From the NCBI RefSeq assembly GCF_030028105.1, contig NC_092379.1:27087821-27151820 (forward strand): DNA of 64,000 bases. The letters are read 5' to 3'. Of this stretch, positions 1 to 12,949 are shown piece after piece (position 1 is the first letter of the stretch; the number at the start of each line of letters is the position of its first letter). The position numbers and the translations under genes are program-made. Below the pieces are notes generated by a model that saw only the letters and a list, made by a program, of their open reading frames with translations, was not told the DNA's origin and did not search any database. The DNA is from Mobula birostris. Its lineage: Eukaryota.

Positions 1-110
1 AAAATACCTAAAGACCGATTCGAAAGGAAATCAAAATGCCCCGCGTGGAAGTACTATAATTTCAGGAAAAGTCTGCTGATTAACAAAGGCAGAAAAGTAT
101 AGAATAGATA

Positions 111-436
111 TTCGAGGGGTGATTGATAAGTCCGTGGCCTAATGTAGAAGGAGTAAATTTTGGAAAACCTCACACATATTTTTTTTTTTTCAATATAGTC
201 CCCTCCTACGATTACACACTTAATCCGCCGGTTGTGAAGCATACAGATCTTGACCTGCAGAAAGTACCCACAACAACTGTGATTGATGTTCCAGGCTACG
301 GTAGAGGGAGCTGAGTGATACAGCTCTCGCTACAGGTCCATGCAGTTCAAGCCCTTGAGTGATTATGCAGAAAGTTTGAAGTTATTAACACATCTCCTTC
401 CACCTTTGGCCACGGTCTTATTAATCACCCCTCGTA
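111..436. mobile_element. Mariner-type MITE (non-autonomous Tc1/mariner derivative)
   Basis: 30-bp inverted repeats 113-142 (cgaggggtgattgataagtccgtggcctaa) and 405-434 match at 27/30; TA dinucleotides flank at 109-110 and 437-438; no transposase inside. Confidence 0.85.
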
Positions 437-778
437 TATGAACCTCGTTCATCTGAAGTGTGACAAACTGCTTGACGAAACTGTAAAAAAGACAGGAAAG
501 CCCAAGTAACTATCAGTAAATTCGAAGTGTTGCAGAGTCTGTGTATCGAATGAAGTCCGAAATATCAATGTGAAAGAGACATTAGTGCATGGAGATCATA
601 GATGTGCTTAAGGAAGAGACAAATGATGCAGGACCAACCTGCTGCACGGAGATTAATAATACGTGCTATTGTGTGTGAAAGAAGTGCAGGGTGAATATGG
701 AGGTAAAAAATGTAGCTCTGTAGCAGTAATGCGACGAGATGTGAGTAAGATTATAATGATGAGCCTCCCTGTAAGGAT

Positions 779-2040
779 CATAAAACATAGAAGATAGAAT
801 AGTAAAGCACAGTACAGGCCCTTCGGCCCACAATTTTGTGCCGACCCTCAAACCCTGCCTCCCATATAAACCCCCACCATAAATTCCTCCATATACCTGT
901 CTAGTAGTCTCTTAAGCATCACTAGTGTATCTGCCTTCACCACTCACTCAGGCAGTACATTCCACTCACCAACCACTCTCTGAGTAAAAAACCTTCCTCT
1001 AATATCCTCCTTGAACTTCCCACCCCTTACCTTAAAGCCATGTCCTCTTGTATTGAGCAGTGGTGTCATGGGGAAGAGGCGCTGGCTATCCACTCTATCT
1101 ATTCCCCTTATTATCTTGTACACCTCTATCATGTCTCCTCTCATCCTCCTTCTCTCCAGAGAATAAAGCCCTAGCTCCCTTAATCTCTGATCATAATGCA
1201 TACTTTCTAAACAAGGCAGCATCCTGGTAAATCTCCTCTGTACCCTTTCCAATGCTTCCACATCCTTCCTATAGTGAGGTGACTAGAAATGGACACAGTA
1301 CCCCAAGTGTGACCTAACCAGAGTTTTATAGAGCTGCATCATTACATCGCGACTCTTAAACCCTATCCCTCGACTTATGAAAGCTAACACTCCATAAGCT
1401 TTCTTAACTACCCTATCCACCTGTGAGGCAACTTTCCGGGATCTGTGTACATCTACCCCGAGATCCCTCTGCTCCTTTACATTACCAAGTATCCTGCCAT
1501 TTACTTTGTACTCTGCCTTGGAGTTTGTACTTCCAAAGTGTACCACCTCACACTTCTCCAGGTTGAACTCCATCTGCCACTTTTCAGTCCACTTCTGCAT
1601 CCTATCGATGTCTCTCTGCAATCTTTGACAATCCTCTATACTATCTACAACACCACCAACCATTGTGTCGTCTGCAAACTTGCCAACCCACTCTTCTACC
1701 CCAACATCCAGCTCGTTAATAAAAAGCACGAAAAGTTGAGGTCCAAGAACAGATCGTTGTGGGACACCACTAGTCACAATCCTCCAATTTGAATGCTGTC
1801 CCCCCACCACAACCCTCTGCCTTCTGCAGGCAAGCCAATTCTGAATCCACCTGGCCAATCTTCTCTGGATCCCATGCCTTCTAACTTTCTGAATAAGCCT
1901 ACCGTGTGGAACCTTGTCAAATGTCTTAGTAAAATCCATATAGATCACACCCACTGCACTACCCTCATCTATATGCCTGGTCACGCCCTCAGAAAACTCT
2001 ATCAGGCTTGTTAGACACGATCTGCCCTTCACAAAGCCCC
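779..2040 (-). mobile_element. CR1-type LINE, 5'-truncated (RT C-terminal half + 3'UTR), subfamily A
   Basis: Minus ORFs with GFVKGRSCLTSL, SGVPQRSVLGPQLF, KFADDT, ERVQRRFTRM, RMRGDMIEVYK; (ttctatg)-like tail near 779. Confidence 0.95.
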
Positions 2041-2339
2041 TACCAACATACAATCCTAATGAGACAGTGTCGCTGTCCACACAATTGCCAACCAGAGTGG
2101 GAGGAACAGCTGCAGGTAATGATAACCGGGATATGATAAGGGTACTGCGGCTGAGAAATGTTGCTAAGGATATCGTGGGGAATTGGCTTCGGAAAGGTTA
2201 CTTGGGAGTGCAGACATTCGATTAACCATCTGAGAGAAATTCATGTTTGTCGATAATATAGAGGAAAGAAAATTGATATTAACACTTTTGCATCTGAATC
2301 TGGGATCAGCTTCAGTCGAAGCAAGCAGCTGAGAAGAAG

Positions 2340-5300
2340 AGTGGAAGACATTGGGTAGAAAAGTCGTTTTTTTTAAACACTGCTCGAGGAGAAGTGCCTG
2401 CCCTGCGCAGGCGCGTGACGTAGCGCGCCGAGGTTTAAAAGCAGATCTCCATTTACAGCGGTCATCGTTGTAGTGGCCATCGTCGGAGTGGACTGAGTCA
2501 GAGTGGGACGGCTTTGGCTCAACAGGCTTCAGCGAGAACAGGCAGAGGCCAGGGTAGGTTCCGGTAAGTTTTTCGTTCAGACTGTTTAGTGCAGTGAGAA
2601 TACCTGGCAATATGTTGGAATGCTCCTCCTGCAAGATGTGGGAATTCAGGGACCCTCTGGTGTCCCTGACAACGGCACCTGCAAGAAGTGCATCCTGCTG
2701 CAGCTCCTGACAAACCGCGTTAGGGAAATGGAGCAGGAGTTGGATGACCTGCGGGTCATTCGGGAGAATGAGGAGATTATAGATAGTAGCTACAAGGAGG
2801 TAGCTACGCCAAAGGAGCAGAGGACAGGAAATTGGGTTACTGTCAGGCGAGGGAAGAGGAAAGGGCAGGCAGAGCAGGGTTCACCTGTGGCCATTCCATT
2901 GAACAACAAGTATACCGCATTGTATACAGTTGCGGGGGATGACTTATCTGGGACAAGCTGCAGTAGCCAGATCTCTGGCATTGGGTCTGGCTCTGCAGTG
3001 CAGAAGGGAGGGTGGAAGAAGAGGAGATCGGTAGTGATAGGGGATTCGATAGTTAGAGGTGCGGATAGGAGTTTCTGTGGTCGTGGCAGAGAATCCAGGA
3101 TGGTTTGTTGCCTCCCGTGTGCCAGGGTCAAGGTTGTCTCTGATCGATTGCATGACTTTCTGAATTGTGAGGGTGACAAGCCACATGTCGTGGTGCACTC
3201 GGTACCAATGACATATCAAGGAAGAGTGAGCAGGCCCTGGACAGTGAGTATAGAGAGCTTGGTAGGAAGTTGAAAGGCAGGACATCAAGGATAGTAATCT
3301 CAGGATTGCTACCTGTACTAAGTGCCAGTGAGGGTAGAAATAGGATGCTCTGGAGGAGGATCAAGTGGCTGAGGATCTGGTGTAGGGGGCAGGGTTTCAG
3401 ATTTCAGGATCATTGGGACCTCTTCTGGGGCAGGTGGGACCTGTACAAGAGAGACGGGTTACACTTGAACTACAGGGGTACCAATATCCTTTCAGGGAGG
3501 TTTGTTAGTGGTATTGAGGAGGCTTTAAACTAGATTTGCAGGGGGATGGGAACCAGAGTGCCAGAGCTGACAGTGCGGCTGGGGTGAAAATAAATGATGT
3601 TGAAAGTTTAAGCAAATCCGCTGATAGAAAGGCTGTGAATGGTGGTAAAAATCTTCGGAGGTGTATATATTTCAATGCTATGTGTATTGCGGGGAAGGCG
3701 GATGAGTTGAGGGCGTGGATTGACACGTGGAATTATGATGTTATAGCAATTAGTGAAAGTTGGCTACAGGAGGGGCAGGACTGGTAGCTTAATATTCCAG
3801 GGTTCTGATGTTTCAGATGTGATCGCGGCAGAGGAATGAAAGGTGGGTCAGTAGCATTGCTTGTTAGGGAAAATTTTAAAGCAGTGCTCAGGCAGGACAG
3901 ATTAGAGGGCTTGTCTACTGAGTCCTTATGGGTGGAGTTGAGAAGCAGGAAAAGTATGGCCATATTGGTGGGATTGTATTACAGACCATCCAATAGTCAA
4001 CGGGACTTGGAAGAGCAAATCTCAGAGAGATAGCAGGCAACTGCAGGAAACATAAAGTTGTGGTGGTAGGGGATTTTAATTTTCCATACATTGATTGGGA
4101 CTCCCATACTGTTAGGGGTCTAGGTGGTTTAGAGTTTGTAAAGTGTGTTCAGGAAAGTTTTCTAAATCAATATATAGAGGGACTAACTAGAGGGGATGCA
4201 ATATTGTATCTGCTGTTAGGAAATGAGTTAGGGCAAGTGACGGAAGTCTGTGTAGTGGAGCACTTTGGTTCCAGTGATCAGAACACCACTAGTTTCAATT
4301 TGATCATGGACAAGGATAGATCTGGTCCTAGGGTTGAGGATCTTAACTGGAAGAAGGCCAAATTTGAAGAAATTAGAAAGGATCTAAAAAGCGTGGATTG
4401 GGACAGGTTGTTCTCTGGCAAAGATGTGATTGGTAGGTGGGAAGCCTTCAAAGGGGAAAGTTTGAGAGTGTAGAGTTTGTATGTTCCTGTCTGGATTAAA
4501 GGGAAATTGAATAGGGATAAGAAACCTCAGTTCTCAAGGGATATTGCAACTCTGATAAAGAAGAAGAGGGAGTTGTATGAAATGTATAGGAAACAGGGAG
4601 TAAATCAGGTGCTTGAGGAGTATAAGAAGTGCAAGAAAATACTTAAGAAAGTAATCAGGAGGGATAAAAGAAGACATGAGGTTGCCTTGTCAGTCAAAGT
4701 GAAGGATAATCCAAAGAGCTTTTAGAAGTATATTGAGAGCAAAAGGATTGTAAGGGATAAAATTGGTCCTCGTGAAGATCAGAGTGATCGGCTCTGTGCG
4801 GAACCAAATGAAATGGGGGAGATCCTATTTTATTTTATTTTTTTTTTTTTTTGGCGTCTGTATTTACTACGGACGTGACATGATGTTTCTGGAATTGAGA
4901 AAATGAAGTAGTGAGATCATGGAAACTGTACAGATTGAAAAGGAGGAGGTGCTTGTTGTCTTGAGGAAATTTAACGTAGATAAATCCCCGAGACATGACA
5001 GAGTGTTCCCTCGGACCTTGAAGGAGACTGGTGTTGAAATTGCGGGGGCCCTGGCAGAAATATTTAAAATGTCGCTGTCTACGGGTGAGGTGCCAGAGGA
5101 TTGGAGAGTGACTCATGTTGTTCCCTTGTTTAAAAAAGGATCGAAAAGTAATCCGGGAAACTATAGGCCTGTGAGTTTAACGTCAGTAGTAGGTAAGTTA
5201 TTGGAGGGAGTACTAAGAGACAGAAGCTACAAGCATTTGGATAGACAGAGACTTATTTGGGAGAGTCAACATGGCTTTGTGCGTGGTAGGTCATGTTTGA

Positions 5301-6547
5301 CCAATCTGTTGGAGTTTTTCGAGGAGGTTACCAGAAAGTGGATGAAGGGAAGGCAGTGGATATTGTCTACATGGACTTCAGCAAGGCCTTTGACAAAGTC
5401 CCGCATGGGAGGTTAGTTAGGAAAATTCAGTCGCTAGGTATACAGGGAGAGGTGGTAAACTGGATTAGACATTGGCTCAATGGAAGAAGCTAAAGAGTGG
5501 TGGTAGAGAATTGCTTATCTGAGTGGAGGCCTGTGACTAGTGGTGTGCCACAGGGATCAGTACTGGGTCCATTGTTATTTGTCATCTATATTAATGATCT
5601 GGATGATAATGTGGTAAATTGGATCAGCAAATGTGCTGATGATACAAAGATTGGAGGTGTAGTAGACAGTGAGCAAGGTTTTCAGAGCCTGCAGAGGGAT
5701 TTGGACCAGCTGGAAAAATGGGCTGATAAATGGCAAGTGGAGTTTAATACAGACAAGTGTGAGGTATTGCACGTTGGAAGCACAAACTAAGGTAGAACAT
5801 ACATGGTTAATGGTAAGACACTGAGGAGTGCAGTGGAAGAGAGGGATCTGGGAATACAGATACAACACTCCCTAAAAGTGGCGTCACAAGTAGATAGGGT
5901 CGTGAAGAGAGTTTTGGTAAATTGGCCTTTATTAATCAAAGTTTTGAGTATAAGGGCTGGAATGTTATGATGAGGTTGTATAAGGCATTGGTGAGGCCGA
6001 ATCCGGAGTATTGTGTTCAGTTTTGGTCACCAAATTACAGGAAGGATATAAATAAGGTTGAAAGAGTGCAGAGAAGGTTTACAAGGATGTTGCCGGGACT
6101 TGAGAAACTCAGTTACACAGAAAGATTGAATAGGTTAGGACTTTATTCCCTGGAGCGTAGAAGAATGAGGGGAGATTTGATAGAGGTATATAAAATTATG
6201 ATGGGTATAGATAGAGTGAATGGAAGCAGGCTTTTTCCACTGACGCAAGGGGAGAAAAAAAAAAACAGATGACATGGGTTAAGGGTGGGGGGGGAGTTTA
6301 AAGGGAACATTGGGGGGGGTTTCTTCACACAGTGAGTGGTGGGAGCATGGAATGAGCTGCGAGATGAGGTTGTAAATGTGGGTTATTTTTTAACATTTAA
6401 GAATAAATTGGACATATACATGGATGGGAGGTGTATGGAGGGATATGGTCCGTGTGCAGGTCAGTGGGGCTAGGCGGAAAATGGTTCGGCACACCCAAGA
6501 AGGGCCAAAAGGCCTGTTTCTGTGCTGTAGTTTCTATGGTTTCTATG
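2340..6547 (+). mobile_element. Near full-length CR1-type LINE, subfamily B, disrupted ORF1 and ORF2
   Basis: ORF1 remnant about 2600-3533: CxxC..CxxC zinc finger, coiled coil, SGNH esterase VVIGDSIVRG. ORF2 remnant 3536-6300: [63 protein letters not shown]. Tail tttctatggtttctatg. Many stops and frameshifts; 5' boundary approximate. Confidence 0.95.
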
Positions 6548-7084
6548 GGTTCCCAGATATAAATGGATAGATAAGCAGAACAAACAAGGAATTAAAGAGA
6601 GCGATATCGAATGTTCAAAGACGGGACCTAGTAGACGCATTAGCCAAATATTTTTAGCAGCAACCTAAATATCACGTGGAATTTGCGACCGTTTGCGGAC
6701 GTTGTTCCAATGAATTCATTGGGTTCCAATGAATTCATAGGCTCCACCGGTGGATGACTATATGGTTAATGATTTTGGTGTCAGTTTGAAATGACATTTG
6801 AAATATCTGATCCTACTGTCATGCGTTATTGGCACTGAGGGGAACGAGATACATAGACATATGTAAGCCTCGAATGGAAGCTGTTGTCTATTAAATGTCA
6901 CTCAACTGCCCGGAGAAAGCACGGAAAAGAACCCAGTTCAATTGTCATACCTACTCCCACCACCGCCCCCTCCCCCATCCTCGCCACTCAATTCAGTAGC
7001 CGAGAAGGTCACAATGGATCGAGAAGCGCGGGACTGAAAGTGGAACATGTAATTGCTGTAAGTCAAATCAAGAGAAATAAAATT

Positions 7085-7525
7085 AAGGTGGCCAAGCGGG
7101 TGGAGTGTGTGCAGAACCAGTTCCGAATTGAGAAGACTGAGATGCAATGAACCAGAAGATCAAAATTCTGAAATAGAGACAAGGAAGTTGTTTCCACAAG
7201 TAACTGAAACTAGAACGCGGCGACATAGCCCCACGATTCGGGCGAGTAGTTTGGAAGGTGAGGAGGAACAGTTTTTCCCAGAGAGTGGTGAGTCTGTGGA
7301 ATTTTCTGCCCAGTAAAGCAGTGGAGAATACCTCAATAAATATATTGCAGACGAAGTTGGATAGAATTATTTTTTTTGAAAGTGGAGCACTAAAGTTCAT
7401 GGGGAAAATGTAAGTAGGTGGAGGTGAGCCCATGGCTAGTTCATCGATGATTTTATTGAATGGCGGGGCAGAGTCGACGGTACAGATTGCCAACTCCTCC
7501 TCCTCTTTCTTATGTTCTTATGTTC
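7085..7525 (+). mobile_element. Old CR1 3' fragment
   Basis: Degenerate ERVQ-like codons, 'tttttcccagagagtggtgagtctgtggaattttctgcc' 3' block, tail 'tttcttatgttcttatgttc'. Confidence 0.75.
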
Positions 7526-9753
7526 GGAGAAGGTTCGTTCTTGGGAGGAGACGGAGCACACAAACTGCATGGCGGAGACACCGTCATCTGCAGAATAGTT
7601 CCCTGAGATTCAATGTTTGCGACCGACCGAAAAAAAAACAAAACGCGTGTGTACGATTCAAGGTGGAACAAGATGAAAGGGTTCTAGTGAATGATATAGG
7701 TACAGATGGTCCTATCACGTTTTACGGATTCCGAACAAACGACCACGGCACAAATGGAAATAAATCGAATTGACATATATAGAGTAAAATAATCGTAAAT
7801 GGACTCGCAGAAAGTTAACCATTGGGTTACTTAAGTGTTTCCTTGAAATTCAGAATGGATGATATGGCATTAGATCGTTCAGTATTTTTCGTTGATGAAT
7901 GCCACTCGAAACAGTGTTTTAACATAAGTTTACATTTATGTTTCCGGGGCAGCAATATACGGGGACTGCCATATCACATGGGTTCCAAATTTCCCATTCT
8001 ATATTTCACCAGTACTTAGGCGATGTCTTATAACCTGTTACCAATCCCAAAATGGCTGAAATATGTATATGTTTTTCTTTTATCTTTTTTTTTCCAGCAT
8101 GCTGAACCTAAAGAACTCCGTCATAATCTAGAATTTACATTTTTGGATTTTCCATCAAGGCATTCCCTTTAATGGGAATACTGTAAAAGAGTGTGTTGTA
8201 GGAAAAGAACCAGTAGCAGATCAGCGTATTTCAGATATGAAGCAAGATTTGGCAACTGTGCCTGCTCTTAATAACAAAAAAACATATATCAGATTGAGCC
8301 GTTATCATTGGATATGACGGCGAATGGTACCACGCTGTCAGACCAGAAGCGCATATCTGTCGCATGCTTTCATCAGCAGAAAAAGGGTATACAGCACGTG
8401 AAAACAACAACAACAACAACAACAACTGCTCTGGGCGATGCAACGCTTCCGTTCTGGGATTTACATGCAATACTGAGAAAACTCATTTCGTACAATTAAT
8501 TCATGACAGAAAAATTTAACAGGTTTAACTTAGCCAAAGCCAGAGATGCTCGATCAACTTTGTTTTTGCTATTTTCCGCAAATGCAAGAAATCTTATTAT
8601 TTACAAAGCAAGTGATTTGGAGTATTCCATATGATAAACACGGCCCTAGAAATTCGGTCGGCGGGAGAAGAAGTAGGCAGCGTGACGCAGCTCGCAGCGG
8701 CCACTCCGGTTGTGGTGCCTGTTATTTGTCAAGTAGGGTGCTGCGCACAAAGCTGATTTGATGGAGACGGACGTGAGACCATGGAGGAACATCTGGTAAA
8801 ACATCTGAAATGCCTGCTTCGCTGCTGTTACTACTGTATGGTCCAGAATCTCCGGCGGAAAGGGCCCCGAGTCCTGGGCTTTGCTTGTTACTCGACGGCC
8901 GGGGCGTGGTCGAAGTGCTCGGCAGAGGATGGTGCTCGGAGAGACTGATTCGGAGGGGCTGGTCGGAAGCTCGAAGTTTTCGGACGGATTCAGAGTCTGC
9001 TTCGGCAGATACCGAAGGCCACAGGATGGTGGTGAGGACAAAGATAGCGTGCTCAAGGTAGTTGGCGGAGAGTTTATTAGATTACTTTGAGTCAGCAAAC
9101 TGAACAATAATCAAGCATAAGTCCATGAATAATTGAATACTGCACAGTTGTGACCGAGTACCTCAAAATCTGCGTGTACTGAACTCAATTCCGGTTGTTG
9201 TGTTTCGAATGGGAGAAAAATATTATGTCTCTGCTTATTCCCGCTAATGATGACGACATACTAATTGTGTCTCGAAGGCGGGTCCTGTCAGTTCTGAGGC
9301 ACAGGACCAGAAAAAAAAAAAAAAGAAAAAAAATGCAGTAAGTTATAAGCTCAGCCAGCTCGATAATGGATATTAGTCAGCCCAGTAGCCAGGAAACTTT
9401 TAAAACATTATTTTTCTAAACTGTAGTATCCATATTTAAGTACCCCGTAACCCAAGGCAGGTCGTCCTCATTGCAAACAGCTGGGTAGAAGTGGGGGAAC
9501 AGAGATATACACTCAACATTTCAGGAAGAGCGGCCATGGGTCTACTTAGAAATCTGAGGCGGAGTGGAAGAAATGTTCGTGAAACATTGAGGGTGTATTT
9601 TATTTTCCTCCATCTCGACGTAGCAGTTAGTTCGTCAGTTTACATATCGGTTTGCACATGGAAGTAATGAATAAAAATATATTTGTCTATGCCCTATTTT
9701 AACCCCTCTGTCGAAATATAAATATTGGTTGATTGTGCTTAGTATTTCTTTGC

Positions 9754-9940
9754 ACTTACCAAAACACAATAATAGATACTGCAGACATGGTTCTTGTAAG
9801 TTTGAGATCGCAATACTGAAGCTCCACCAAAAATATTCAACGTTAGACCTGAAGTAATTTAGAGGCAGCATGTAAATCAATGCCGTCAAGATGATAGAAA
9901 CGAGAATTACACTATTGAATAGGGACAACCGCGTGGCAGG
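9754..9940 (-). pseudogene. Possible highly decayed antigen-receptor V fragment
   Basis: Minus strand: TLAC, FYH 13 codons after the C, F+19 aa ending ISNLQ (same spacing as F..ISDLQ in the intact V), then YYCVL with a +1 shift; no RSS. Confidence 0.25.
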
Positions 9941-10199
9941 CAAGTGTAAAACAAGGAAGAAAGATTTGAAGCAGAGAGGAAAGGGTAATGGGAGTCGTTT
10001 TAAAAACAAAATCAAAGAAAAAAAAAACAAAAAAAAAAGACTTTTAGAGCGTACAGAAGGCCGAGGGGGAGCGAGAGAGATAAAAGCAGGATCCACCAAT
10101 ATTAAAGGATAATAAGGTATACATTTGAAATGTATTTTATGCTGCATAATATTTCAGTTTTGTCCACAACTCTAGAAAGAGGAAGATAACAGGTCTGAA

Positions 10200-11280
10200 T
10201 ATCCCACGATCGCAGGTAAAGCAATATATTTCGCTGTCCCGATGGTTCACTTCCAAGGGTCATTCCTTCATATCTGCACACATTCCATCGATTTAATTTC
10301 GCAACAAACTACATCTGGTCAATTTATCTCTGTATGAGTTACTTAACCACATTATCGTTCAGATCCTTGATATAGCTGACAAACAGCAACAGAGTCCGTA
10401 CCGAACCCTGTGACACTGCAGTATTAAAAATTCTTCAGGCGGAGTTGCAAGCCTCTACTCCCTTTCCCTGACTACTCCCGTGCTGCCATTATCTTGTGCT
10501 ATTTACTACCTAATTTTGACTGCCATGCGCCAGAACTTTCTTCACCAACCTCCCAAAAGTGATCTTCGTAATAGAGTTTTTGAAGTCCCCGTGGGCAATA
10601 TCAGTTTTCATGGTAACCTTCCGGAAGATAGCGATGATTTTGGTCAGTACAACTCACCACGCACAAAGCTACACTGCCTATTCCTAATTCTTCCCTATCA
10701 ATCCAAACACACTTACTTCTGGTACTTCAGGATAATTGTAAATCTTCTTCCTCTGATATCAGGCTCGACGTCTAATACTTTCACGATTTTACTGTAAAAG
10801 ATTCCTTGAACAGCAGAACAGTATTAGCATATCCACCAGTCTTCCGGTAACTCACTCTTGGCTCAGGCTTATTTCCCTTGCAACTTCTGCACTTGCCCTC
10901 CAAAGGATCCAAGGGAACACTTGGTTAGACCGAGGATTTAATTACCCTAACTTCCTCCAGTGAGTAAAGATCCCCTTTGCAATCTATACGTGCTCCAAAA
11001 ACTCACCTTTGCCTCTTTCTATAGAGTCTATATACAGCCCCCGAACAAGCACAGTAGCAAAACTTCAATTTAAATTCTCCCCATTTCCTTTGGCTCATGC
11101 ATTGAACATCATTCTGGGATTCCAGATCTCACATATCAGTTGCAATGCTTTGGTCCTAATATATATTTAGCATCCCTTACTGTTCCCATTCACCCTATGC
11201 TAAGGCAATTTCACGCCTTCTTTTAACTTTCCTGAGTTTTATCTTACTTTTTCCCATACATTTCAGACAAACCATATGCA
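10200..11280 (-). mobile_element. Old, degenerate CR1 ORF2 fragment
   Basis: Reverse complement gives decayed DKSPG/EDW blocks, QCSFVRG and GSVRTLLLFVSYIKDLNDNV (RT motifs). Confidence 0.7.
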
Positions 11281-11961
11281 GTTCATTCGTTCTTACGCCG
11301 TACCTGCGATACACTTGCTTTATTTTAGTAATCGTGCCATGAATACCATTGTAACAACGCACATCAAAGTTGATTGAATTTCTAGCATCTGCAGTATTCC
11401 TGTTGTTTGCGTTTTTTAAAAAAAAATAACCATTGGGAAGCAAGTTTCCTAAAGCTGTTTGCAGTAGGCTGAACAATCATCCTTGGGCTACGCCAGTTTG
11501 ATTTTCAGCGAAGTGGAGATGTTATTTCTGATCGGCATAGCACATGGTCTTGCCAGGTGGAAGTCATGTTATCTATTTGCACTTGGCGGTAGAGAAGCCT
11601 ATTGTGTTGTAGCATTTTATTTTAAGCTGTGGATATAATTGTGAACTGAGCTTTGTGTGGCTAATTATGCTGAGGTGTGTCAACCAACATCTGTTTGACA
11701 TACGTATTACTTTTACCAAGGTGAAGCAATGCCCCCTGACGAGCTAATAAAATTGCATATCTTCTGCACCTTTTGGCTTGATAAGATATTTGCAGACATC
11801 CACCCTTGCAAGGGCAGAAGTTGTTTCAATGCAGACTACAAGCACTTCATAACAGTAGATGTAAATTAATCTGGGCGAGATACGTTGAGGTAGATCAGCA
11901 TGTTCCCCTTTGGCAACAACGTAATGGTCAATTACAAAGTGCAATAGTGAAGAACTGAAGA

Positions 11962-12478
11962 TATACGTGTACAGCCCCGTCTGCTGCCTGCCATATGTAT
12001 TCATTGCCGTAATAGTTACATCTTCAGTTTTCAAACTGTGAAAAGAAATATTGATTTCTATCACAGGGCGAACAGAGGTTGCATGTATTCGTACAGATGC
12101 AGATTGAAATTTACCTTTCAAAGCATGCATAAAAGACAGTAAACTTATAATAGTGCAATCCGAATGCTTGATTTTAGGTTTCGCTTTGTATGAAACAAAT
12201 GGCCTGCTAAATTTGCAAGAGTTGACCTGCATTGGATTTCCTCTCTATTTGGGAATTGCAATTTTCCCCCCGTTTTGCATAGCTCTCGGTAGATATATCT
12301 GTACATCTGATATAGGTCTTCACTGGTCTTGAATTCCACAGATATACATCTCAGCCGAATTACGAATATCCTAGCTCAAATGATTTAGGTCCGCATTTGT
12401 TCTGGTACTTTCTCGAATGCACACACTCATTTACACGTCACTTACAACAATGACGAATGCAATCAGATAAAGATGAAT
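11962..12478 (-). pseudogene. Candidate decayed V gene segment with leader remnant
   Basis: Hydrophobic IHLYLIAFVIV + gtaagt (12445), 96-nt intron, AG at 12350 then DVYLW-NS (intact V: DTGHG-NS), IQC at 12231 with LF-x-YKAKP 13 codons later, RI+16 aa+SLKTEDV, TATTACGGC at 12014-12006; several frameshifts. Confidence 0.45.
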
Positions 12479-12949
12479 ATCTGAAAACAGTACAGTCCAT
12501 CGACTCAGCGCAGTCAAATAAGCGCTCTCCCACCTCAACTGACCATACATTTTGGTCTTCGCATCTGGATGCTGCAGAGCTTTGTTTCTGCTATATGCTA
12601 GCGTAAAGGTACATCCATGTGATCTAACTTTCAATCGTGTCAGCGTGTGTGCAGCAAGGTATGCTTTTTGGTGGTGTTAAAATGTCGTATTTTGTTGACT
12701 CCTGTTCCTCCACGAGTGAGTTACTGATGGTAGTTGCTTGCAGACTGCTTCAAGATGGACAGGTTGAAATGCCCCGCAATGATAGGAATGACATCTAGGT
12801 GTGTTGTGGATTACAGTTCGCAGCTCCTCCAGTACCCGTCTGCCATTATGCTGATCTGAAATCCACAGTGCCACAAGAAGGTCGGTGGAATACTTCCATG
12901 GCCGTTAAAATAGACCGAAACTGGACCCACTAGAAGTTGCAGGTATTGT

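Noticed and set aside
9635-10147. 170-aa ORF as a gene
   Set aside because: Low-complexity F/L-rich translation of an A-rich tract with no start context or domain, apart from the weak V-like tail noted separately.
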